This document shows, piece by piece, positions 1-6,446 of a DNA stretch of 13,050 nt (position 1 is its first letter; each line of letters opens with the position of its first letter). Source of the stretch: a virus (Duplodnaviria > Heunggongvirae > Uroviricota > Caudoviricetes). Below the pieces are notes generated by a model. The model saw only the letters and a program-made list of their open reading frames with translations, had not been told where the DNA came from and did no database searches. The stretch is taken from the IMG/VR virus record IMGVR_UViG_2671180360_000014. The stretch is one strand, 5' to 3'. The position numbers were made by a program, and so were the translations under genes.

Positions 1-37
1 ATGCCACTTGCCCGTTATCTTTGCATTTTCATAAACG
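1..37. repeat. Left arm of 37-bp inverted repeat; candidate crossover site for the adjacent serine invertase
   Basis: Positions 1-37 (ATGCCACTTGCCCGTTATCTTTGCATTTTCATAAACG) are the exact reverse complement of 5727-5763. The repeat may continue beyond the window edge. Internal two-fold symmetry is weak (outer TTAT...ATAA only), so the exact core cannot be placed. Confidence 0.6.
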
Positions 38-540
38 AAAAAAAAAAACAACCCTCAGCATTACCTGTTGGGGTGCCTGTTCCATGGCCTTCAGCCACAC
101 CGCCAACAGGCTGGCTGAAATGCAACGGTGCGGCATTTTCTGCTGAAGAATACCCGGAACTGGCAAAGGCTTATCCAACAAATAAATTACCTGATTTACG
201 CGGTGAGTTTATTCGTGGATGGGATGATAGTCGTGGTATCGACAACGGGCGTGCGCTGCTTTCATCTCAAGGCCATTCACTCAGAGACCACTCACATAAC
301 CAGCAGATCTGGACAGGTTCAAATACAACATCGTCAACTATTGGTCAGGCCGGGAGTTATGCTCCGCTAGCAACTGGAGGGGATGGGGGGATTGCCTATA
401 CTGACCGGGAGCCTCAAAGCCTACCTTCAGCAGTAAGAGCTGTCAGCACTCGTGGGGTTGCTTCTGACAATGCAGCGAATATTGGCACTGAAACCCGCCC
501 GCGCAACATTGCATTTAACTACATCGTGAGGGCTGCATAA
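1..540 (+). CDS. Alternative tail-fibre C-terminal (variable) segment, tip A, with phage tail-collar-type motif; 5' end lies in the crossover repeat
   Basis: 179-aa ORF containing GWLKCNGAAFSAEEYPELAKAYPTNKLPDLRGEFIRGWDDSRGIDNGRALLSSQGHSLRDHSHN, the pattern of phage tail-collar domains at fibre C-termini. The first 12 codons are encoded by the inverted repeat, so the ATG at position 1 may not be the true start; the protein may be a fusion to an upstream constant part. Confidence 0.7.
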   Translation: MPLARYLCIFINEKKKQPSALPVGVPVPWPSATPPTGWLKCNGAAFSAEEYPELAKAYPTNKLPDLRGEFIRGWDDSRGIDNGRALLSSQGHSLRDHSHNQQIWTGSNTTSSTIGQAGSYAPLATGGDGGIAYTDREPQSLPSAVRAVSTRGVASDNAANIGTETRPRNIAFNYIVRAA

Positions 541-1142
541 TGACACAGGCAAAATTAAACAGTGAATTTATTGCCACAGTAGCGGGTGATATTACCGTCT
601 ATAACTATGACAACACGACACGGGAATACATTTCATCATCAACAGAATATCTTGCCGTTGGCGTCGGTATCCCGGCATGTTCTTGTTTAGATGCACCAGT
701 TACACATAAAGCTGGTTATGCAATCTGCCGTTCTGCAGATTTTAACTCATGGGAATATGTACCAGACCATCGCGGTGAAATCATCTATAGCACCGAAACA
801 GGAGAATCGAAAGAAATCACAGCTCCGGGTGATTACCCTGAAAATACAACCACTATCGCCCCGTTAACGCCATTCGATAAATGGGATGGTGAGAAATGGG
901 TGACGGATACCGAGGCACAGCATAGCGCCGCACTAGACGCGGCAGAAGCAAAGCGCCAGTCGCTGATTGATGCTGCAATGGCTTCCATCAGTCTGATTCA
1001 GATGAAATTACGGGCCGGGCGGAAGCTGACGCAGGCAGAAACCACCCGACTTAACGCTGTGCTGGATTACATTGACGCGGTGGAGGCAACAGATACCAGC
1101 ACCGCGCCTGATGTCATCTGGCCTGAACTGCCGGAGGCGTAG
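540..1142 (+). CDS. Tail fibre assembly chaperone (Tfa family) paired with fibre tip A
   Basis: 200-aa ORF. Start overlaps the upstream stop (TAATG) with a GAGG ribosome-binding site about 8 nt upstream. The C-terminus DKWDGEKWV...LNAVLDYIDAVEATDTSTAPDVIWPELPEA is a typical Tfa C-terminal domain. It sits directly downstream of a fibre tip, as in Mu U and e14 tfaE. Confidence 0.8.
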   Translation: MTQAKLNSEFIATVAGDITVYNYDNTTREYISSSTEYLAVGVGIPACSCLDAPVTHKAGYAICRSADFNSWEYVPDHRGEIIYSTETGESKEITAPGDYPENTTTIAPLTPFDKWDGEKWVTDTEAQHSAALDAAEAKRQSLIDAAMASISLIQMKLRAGRKLTQAETTRLNAVLDYIDAVEATDTSTAPDVIWPELPEA

Positions 1143-1915
1143 GCCATTCAATATCTGGCGCACCGGAAGTATCGACCAGTTCCAGTGCGTCCAGATAATC
1201 CAGCCACAAATTATATTGCACCAGTTCCTCACCTTTCAGGCGACCAATCGCCGCTTTACCAGGCCATTGCTTACTGTTTATGTATTCGTTGACCTGATTA
1301 ATCAATTGCTGCTTTTTCAGTTCGGCTGCGGCAATTTGTTCCTCATGAGTTGGCGGTGGAATATCAATCCATGCAGGCATTCCGTCGATGACACCTCTGT
1401 ATTTTCCTTCTGGTGCTTCCTTCATAAATTCGGCAGCAACAGTGTCGTCAATTTCGATTCCATCATCGGGCCATTCGCCGGATTCCTGATAAGCGATTTT
1501 AAGCTCCACAGGGAAAAACGCATTTTTATCGGCACTGAAAATATATTTCTGCATTTCTACCGTCCTATCGAAATATAACTGAATCTGTATTGCTGTGAGA
1601 TATCACTGGTTGCCACACGCCACGCTGAATTACTGATATGTTCAAAATTTACAGACAAAACCTGCGGGGCAGGAATCGACGGGTCTGACTGAACGGCATC
1701 AGACATAACACTGACTGAAACCATCGGCTGATTAGGGAATGGTATAGGGAAGTGTCCACTGATAAAGCGGGTCGTGTTTCCTGCAAAAGTGCCAAACTGA
1801 ACAATATATCCACCTGGTAGCCTGAACCATCCCGAACCAGAAGCGAATGCTCCCATATCCGGTATCTGATTATCTCCTGTGCCCACATCCCTTTTCGCCG
1901 CTTCTCCCAAACCAA
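660..1915. repeat. Copy 1 of a 1,256-bp perfect direct repeat (3' part of tfa-A, all of tfa-B, fibre tip B)
   Basis: ORF-track translations in several frames are identical between 660-1915 and 4471-5726 (constant offset 3811), implying near-100% nucleotide identity. Identity ends at 1915/5726 on one side and 660/4471 on the other. Confidence 0.85.
1114..1554 (-). CDS. Tail fibre assembly chaperone (Tfa family) paired with fibre H / tip B
   Basis: 146-aa ORF immediately downstream of H on the - strand (H stop 1557, tfa start 1554). C-terminus NLWLDYLDALELVDTSGAPDIEWPTPP is Tfa-like. Its 3' end overlaps the convergent tfa-A by 29 bp. Confidence 0.8.
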   Translation of the reverse strand: MQKYIFSADKNAFFPVELKIAYQESGEWPDDGIEIDDTVAAEFMKEAPEGKYRGVIDGMPAWIDIPPPTHEEQIAAAELKKQQLINQVNEYINSKQWPGKAAIGRLKGEELVQYNLWLDYLDALELVDTSGAPDIEWPTPPAVQAR

Positions 1916-2741
1916 GGTATGCGAGAAGACCGGCAACATCCTTTCCACTCAAATGAGTCAGCGTATTGTCCAGCGGTTGTTTACCTGCCAGCGCATTGTT
2001 AATGGTGGTGCTGAATTTCGGGTCATTGTTAATGGCCGCGGCAATTTCTTTCAGTGTGTCCAGCGTGTCAGGCGCACCGTTAATCAGAGCGGTAATAGCG
2101 GCCTGTACAAACGCAGTGGTCGCAATCCGCGTGGTGTTATTTCCTGCGGCAGGCGTCGGTGCTTTTGGTTCTCCGGTAAATGTCGGATTATGTTTCTGTG
2201 CATACTGGGTATGAGGGTCCTGTGCGGCAATGTGTTTGCTCATCTGGTCATCCACATACAGCCTTAATTCCAGGACTTCATCATCCACATATTTACGGGT
2301 CGCCAGTACCACCGACGGGTCGATTTTCAGCGTGATAGCTTCGGTATTCGTGACAACCAGAATCATGCGGATAGTCTGGGTACGACCACTGCCTTCCTGC
2401 AACTGCGGTTTGTACGTTTCCGGGCAGTTCGCCACCGCAATGAGTACGCCTTCATCATCATAAAGCCCAATCTCACGGATCCAGAATCCGCCCTCGTTCT
2501 CAGGGATGATTTGCTCCGCAATAATCTGACTCTGGTTGTTCGGGTCAACACTCAGAAGATTCAGCGGCGCGATGCGTTTCTGGTTAATCAGTTTTATCTG
2601 TGCCGGGTCTGGTGTCGGCAAGACACCATTCGCATCACCAACGGCCATTTGCGTCAGATTCAGCTTACTGCCGAGCATCGTCGCGTTAGCCAGCCGTGCT
2701 GCGCCCTGATTAGTCAGAATGGCGTAGTATTTCACTGTCAT
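1557..2741 (-). CDS. H: Tail fibre protein (P2 gpH-like N-terminus, tip B C-terminus)
   Basis: 394-aa ORF. The N-terminus MTVKYYAILTNQGAARLA...MAVGD...GGFWIREIGLYDDEGVLIAVAN...YKPQLQEGSGRTQT matches the conserved P2 H-family N-terminal domain. The start overlaps the stop of I (ATGA). Confidence 0.85.
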   Translation of the reverse strand: MTVKYYAILTNQGAARLANATMLGSKLNLTQMAVGDANGVLPTPDPAQIKLINQKRIAPLNLLSVDPNNQSQIIAEQIIPENEGGFWIREIGLYDDEGVLIAVANCPETYKPQLQEGSGRTQTIRMILVVTNTEAITLKIDPSVVLATRKYVDDEVLELRLYVDDQMSKHIAAQDPHTQYAQKHNPTFTGEPKAPTPAAGNNTTRIATTAFVQAAITALINGAPDTLDTLKEIAAAINNDPKFSTTINNALAGKQPLDNTLTHLSGKDVAGLLAYLGLGEAAKRDVGTGDNQIPDMGAFASGSGWFRLPGGYIVQFGTFAGNTTRFISGHFPIPFPNQPMVSVSVMSDAVQSDPSIPAPQVLSVNFEHISNSAWRVATSDISQQYRFSYISIGR

Positions 2742-3349
2742 GCGTTTACTCTCAGGTTATCAATTAAATGAATGGCCGAGGCCGGGAAATAATCCCCTCC
2801 GACAATAATGGCCTCCGGGGTGTAGGGATAAACCGTCAGGGCGTCGCCGTGATAGCATCCCGCACCGACAAAAATGTTGCCGGTTGTACTTAAACTGATA
2901 GCCAGTCCCGTCAGATGGCGGCTTGCAGGTTTTGCATCAGCAACGAGACGCTCCAGCTCCTGATACATTTCCTCGGTAATACCCTGCTCAAGCACGCCAA
3001 CAACGATGCGGAACGTCCCCGGCTCCTCGTTGAGCTGCCACCACTCCCTCACCTCAATCAGATAGCCGAGCGGCTCCACCACACGGCGAATCGCACCAAT
3101 AGTGCCCTTATGGCAGTGAATGAAATACGCATCGCGGATAACAGCGCGTTTTGTCGCTTCCGGCCACTTATCATCCCAGCGGTCAACCGAAAATGACCAC
3201 GCCAGCCACGGCAGCAGATTTGCCGGACAGGTATCCGGGTTCCACAGCTCACGAATACTGACCGGCGTTTTTTCAATTTCCGCACAGGCTCTTGCGGCGG
3301 CGACTTCAAGCGGTGATGAGCCGGTCGGCAGCAGGCGCGAATCACTCAT
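2738..3349 (-). CDS. I: Baseplate assembly protein gpI
   Basis: 203-aa ORF between J and H with coupled overlaps on both sides, matching the P2 J-I-H arrangement. N-terminus MSDSRLLPTGSSPLEVAAARACAEIEK is as I recall for the gpI family. Confidence 0.8.
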   Translation of the reverse strand: MSDSRLLPTGSSPLEVAAARACAEIEKTPVSIRELWNPDTCPANLLPWLAWSFSVDRWDDKWPEATKRAVIRDAYFIHCHKGTIGAIRRVVEPLGYLIEVREWWQLNEEPGTFRIVVGVLEQGITEEMYQELERLVADAKPASRHLTGLAISLSTTGNIFVGAGCYHGDALTVYPYTPEAIIVGGDYFPASAIHLIDNLRVNA

Positions 3350-4250
3350 CCGAGCCTCCGGTCACGACGCTGTATTCGGTGCAGAAAGACGCCTGCGTAC
3401 TGTTGAGCACAATGTCGGCCAGTGGTGCGGCCAGCTCGACACGCTGCACGCCTTCCACATGCAAAGCGGCATAAATGGCAGACAGACGGATGTCGCGCCC
3501 CAGCCGGTGCTGTGCCGTGATGTACGCTTCCAGTTTTTTCACGGCAGCAGCGCGGATGGGTTCGCTTTCAGGACCAGGGTAAAGGTAAAGCGTGGCGTTT
3601 ATCTGGTATTCAACGATGGCGGCAGACTGCACGGTCACGCGGTCGGCCACCGGCCTGACGTCCTCACCATTAAGGGCGTTGCGCACCACCGCCAGCAGGT
3701 CTTCGGATGCGATACCGTTATTTTCGCGAGACAGCACAGAGATAGTGACACAGGCCGGAGACGGACTGGTGACAGAGATATCCGCGACACGCCCGTCGGC
3801 ACTGCGACCATGATACTGATAGGCTCCCACTGACCCGGCGACGCTTAAACCTTCAAACGCCTGCTGAATACGCAGACGATAATCGGTGTCAGATTCCATC
3901 ACTGCCGGTGTCGGCGGGATAGTCGAATCATCTGCCGGGGTGATAATCAGGCGCGTGGTGTTGTAATTGGCACCAATCACATCAAGGTCATTACCGGCGG
4001 CACAGGCCAGCATTACCGCCCGTGCGGCCTCATTCACACGCTGACGCCAGATAAGCTCACGATAAGCATTTTCCTCCAGCAGTTTGACGAGAGGCTCAGA
4101 TTCCAGCATCAGGGTACGGGCGACCGCCTCCTGCTGGTCTTCCGGGTAAAGGGAAATCAGTGTCGCCTTGCGTTCGGCAAGAATGGTTTCAAAGTCCAGC
4201 TCCTCGACCACATCCGGTGCGGGTAGCTGGTTCAGGTCGATAATCGGCAT
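3342..4250 (-). CDS. J: Baseplate assembly protein gpJ
   Basis: 302-aa ORF, the same length as P2 gpJ, lying between W and I. It overlaps the I start by 8 bp. Confidence 0.85.
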   Translation of the reverse strand: MPIIDLNQLPAPDVVEELDFETILAERKATLISLYPEDQQEAVARTLMLESEPLVKLLEENAYRELIWRQRVNEAARAVMLACAAGNDLDVIGANYNTTRLIITPADDSTIPPTPAVMESDTDYRLRIQQAFEGLSVAGSVGAYQYHGRSADGRVADISVTSPSPACVTISVLSRENNGIASEDLLAVVRNALNGEDVRPVADRVTVQSAAIVEYQINATLYLYPGPESEPIRAAAVKKLEAYITAQHRLGRDIRLSAIYAALHVEGVQRVELAAPLADIVLNSTQASFCTEYSVVTGGSDE

Positions 4251-4254
4251 GGTT

Positions 4255-4497
4255 TCAACTCACAGGGATGGTTAACGAAAGTGGCTGGCCGGTGTCGTTG
4301 TGCTGACCGGTTAACGTGACCGTTATTCGCCCGTCAAAACTGCGCGCCGTGGTGACGGATGACAGGGTGACGCGGGGTTCCCATTTCAGCACCGCCATGT
4401 AACAGGCGACCTTAATCTGCAACTCAAGCGCCGGGGTCTGCGGCTGGTCAATCATTGACGCCAGCAAAAAGGCGTCGGTATCCCGGCATGTTCTTGT
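4255..4497 (-). pseudogene. W: Baseplate protein gpW fragment, N-terminally truncated at the repeat joint
   Basis: The reading frame is open from 4497 to the stop at 4255 but has no ATG; the ORF track starts it at TTG 4467. It is 70-80 codons against about 115 for gpW, and the upstream part runs into repeat copy 2 at 4471. It sits directly upstream of J as in P2. Confidence 0.55.
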
Positions 4498-4953
4498 TTA
4501 GATGCACCAGTTACACATAAAGCTGGTTATGCAATCTGCCGTTCTGCAGATTTTAACTCATGGGAATATGTACCAGACCATCGCGGTGAAATCATCTATA
4601 GCACCGAAACAGGAGAATCGAAAGAAATCACAGCTCCGGGTGATTACCCTGAAAATACAACCACTATCGCCCCGTTAACGCCATTCGATAAATGGGATGG
4701 TGAGAAATGGGTGACGGATACCGAGGCACAGCATAGCGCCGCACTAGACGCGGCAGAAGCAAAGCGCCAGTCGCTGATTGATGCTGCAATGGCTTCCATC
4801 AGTCTGATTCAGATGAAATTACGGGCCGGGCGGAAGCTGACGCAGGCAGAAACCACCCGACTTAACGCTGTGCTGGATTACATTGACGCGGTGGAGGCAA
4901 CAGATACCAGCACCGCGCCTGATGTCATCTGGCCTGAACTGCCGGAGGCGTAG
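4471..4953 (+). pseudogene. 5'-truncated copy of the tail fibre assembly gene tfa-A (3' 483 bp only)
   Basis: Corresponds to 660-1142 of the intact gene at 540-1142. The first 120 bp, the ribosome-binding site and the start codon are missing. The track ORF 4711-4953 is identical to the last 80 aa. Confidence 0.6.
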
Positions 4954-5365
4954 GCCATTCAATATCTGGCGCACCGGAAGTATCGACCAGTTCCAGTGCG
5001 TCCAGATAATCCAGCCACAAATTATATTGCACCAGTTCCTCACCTTTCAGGCGACCAATCGCCGCTTTACCAGGCCATTGCTTACTGTTTATGTATTCGT
5101 TGACCTGATTAATCAATTGCTGCTTTTTCAGTTCGGCTGCGGCAATTTGTTCCTCATGAGTTGGCGGTGGAATATCAATCCATGCAGGCATTCCGTCGAT
5201 GACACCTCTGTATTTTCCTTCTGGTGCTTCCTTCATAAATTCGGCAGCAACAGTGTCGTCAATTTCGATTCCATCATCGGGCCATTCGCCGGATTCCTGA
5301 TAAGCGATTTTAAGCTCCACAGGGAAAAACGCATTTTTATCGGCACTGAAAATATATTTCTGCAT
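4925..5365 (-). CDS. Tail fibre assembly chaperone, second identical copy of tfa-B
   Basis: 146-aa translation identical to that of 1114-1554. Confidence 0.75.
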   Translation of the reverse strand: MQKYIFSADKNAFFPVELKIAYQESGEWPDDGIEIDDTVAAEFMKEAPEGKYRGVIDGMPAWIDIPPPTHEEQIAAAELKKQQLINQVNEYINSKQWPGKAAIGRLKGEELVQYNLWLDYLDALELVDTSGAPDIEWPTPPAVQAR

Positions 5366-5367
5366 TT

Positions 5368-5766
5368 CTACCGTCCTATCGAAATATAACTGAATCTGTA
5401 TTGCTGTGAGATATCACTGGTTGCCACACGCCACGCTGAATTACTGATATGTTCAAAATTTACAGACAAAACCTGCGGGGCAGGAATCGACGGGTCTGAC
5501 TGAACGGCATCAGACATAACACTGACTGAAACCATCGGCTGATTAGGGAATGGTATAGGGAAGTGTCCACTGATAAAGCGGGTCGTGTTTCCTGCAAAAG
5601 TGCCAAACTGAACAATATATCCACCTGGTAGCCTGAACCATCCCGAACCAGAAGCGAATGCTCCCATATCCGGTATCTGATTATCTCCTGTGCCCACATC
5701 CCTTTTCGCCGCTTCTCCCAAACCAACGTTTATGAAAATGCAAAGATAACGGGCAAGTGGCATCAT
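5368..5766 (-). CDS. Tail-fibre C-terminal (variable) segment tip B, cassette copy; 5' end lies in the crossover repeat and it lacks the H constant part in cis
   Basis: 132-aa ORF whose last 119 aa (VGLGEAAKRDVGTGDN...ISIGR) are identical to the C-terminus of H (1557-2741). Its first 13 codons (MMPLARYLCIFIN) are encoded by the inverted repeat. Confidence 0.65.
   Translation of the reverse strand: MMPLARYLCIFINVGLGEAAKRDVGTGDNQIPDMGAFASGSGWFRLPGGYIVQFGTFAGNTTRFISGHFPIPFPNQPMVSVSVMSDAVQSDPSIPAPQVLSVNFEHISNSAWRVATSDISQQYRFSYISIGR
5727..5763. repeat. Right arm of 37-bp inverted repeat; candidate crossover site about 30 bp upstream of the invertase gene
   Basis: Exact reverse complement of 1-37. 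Its position next to the invertase start resembles gixR-gin in Mu and the e14 pin arrangement. Confidence 0.6.
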
Positions 5767-5793
5767 CTCCGGTTTTTATTCAGGGGGATGCTC

Positions 5794-6387
5794 ATGTTTA
5801 TTGGCTATGTACGCGTATCAACAAATGACCAGAACACGGAATTGCAGCGTAACGCGCTGGAATGCGCGGGATGTGAGCGGATTTTTGAGGACAAAATCAG
5901 CGGCACGAAGTCCGACAGGCCGGGGCTGAAAAAACTGCTCAGGACATTATCGGAGGGGGATACACTGGTAGTCTGGAAGCTGGACCGGCTGGGGCGTAGT
6001 ATGCGGCATCTGGTCATTCTGGTTGAGGAACTGCGCGAACGTGGCATTAATTTTCGCAGCCTGACGGATGCTATTGATACCAGCACGCCGATGGGGCGTT
6101 TTTTCTTTCATGTGATGGGTGCCCTGGCTGAAATGGAACGAGAACTCATTGTCGAGCGGACTCGGGCCGGGCTGGAAGCGGCCAGAGCCAAAGGTCGTAT
6201 TGGTGGCAGACGTCCTAAACTCACCACGAGTGAGTGGGAGCAGGCCGGGCGTTTGCTGGCTGCAGGGGAGTCACGTCAACGCGTGGCACTGATTTTTGAT
6301 ATTGGTCTGTCCACGCTCTATAAAAAATTTCCCTCATCAGCGACAAAGAATAAATTGTGTCATCCCTTAGCCAACCGGGACAAATAG
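5794..6387 (+). CDS. Serine DNA invertase, Gin/Pin/Cin/Hin family (resolvase/invertase fold with C-terminal HTH)
   Basis: N-terminus MFIGYVRVSTNDQ carries the catalytic serine motif. TLVVWKLDRLGRS, MGRFFFHVMGALAEMERELIVERT and the C-terminal GLSTLYKKFP helix-turn-helix are hallmark motifs of this family. I prefer the ATG at 5794 (GGGGGA about 5 nt upstream) over the track start at 5788. Confidence 0.9.
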   Translation: MFIGYVRVSTNDQNTELQRNALECAGCERIFEDKISGTKSDRPGLKKLLRTLSEGDTLVVWKLDRLGRSMRHLVILVEELRERGINFRSLTDAIDTSTPMGRFFFHVMGALAEMERELIVERTRAGLEAARAKGRIGGRRPKLTTSEWEQAGRLLAAGESRQRVALIFDIGLSTLYKKFPSSATKNKLCHPLANRDK

Positions 6388-6446
6388 CCTGACATCTCCG
6401 GCACAACTGAAAATATCACTCACCCATTAACCACGGAGTTAAACGG

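Larger units (their letters stand above)
4471..5726. repeat. Copy 2 of the 1,256-bp perfect direct repeat
   Basis: Identical multi-frame ORF translations to 660-1915 (offset 3811). Its left edge creates the novel joint 4470/4471. Confidence 0.85.

Noticed and set aside
1-3. ATG at position 1 (and ATGATG at 5766-5761 on the - strand) as genuine starts of free-standing fibre-tip proteins
   Set aside because: These ATGs lie inside the 37-bp inverted repeat. In G-segment-type systems the tip is expressed as a fusion to a constant N-terminal part across the site. Kept as a possible start only, not established.
128-370. 80-aa + strand ORF in an alternative frame of fibre tip A
   Set aside because: It overlaps the tail-collar-motif frame completely and has no ribosome-binding site. 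Frame 1 carries the recognisable domain.
1008-1232. 74-aa - strand ORF, and its identical copy at 4819-5043
   Set aside because: Antisense to the 3' end of tfa-A, cysteine- and tryptophan-rich, with no ribosome-binding site. Shadow ORF.
1072-1578. 168-aa + strand ORF, and its identical copy at 4883-5389
   Set aside because: It lies antisense across the Tfa-family gene on the - strand, has odd composition, and is duplicated only because it sits in the 1.26-kb repeat. Most likely a shadow ORF.
3120-3833. 237-aa + strand ORF
   Set aside because: Entirely antisense to the I and J genes, which have clear P2-like features. Arginine/serine/histidine-rich composition is typical of antisense reading of GC-rich coding DNA.
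5788-5790. First ATG of the invertase ORF
   Set aside because: The GGGGG ribosome-binding site abuts it with no spacer. The ATG at 5794 gives MFIGYVRVST, which aligns with the Gin/Pin N-terminus and has normal spacing.
6300-6446. Ogr-dependent P2 late promoter upstream of FI
   Set aside because: I searched for a TGT-N12-ACA dyad and found only near misses, so no promoter is called.
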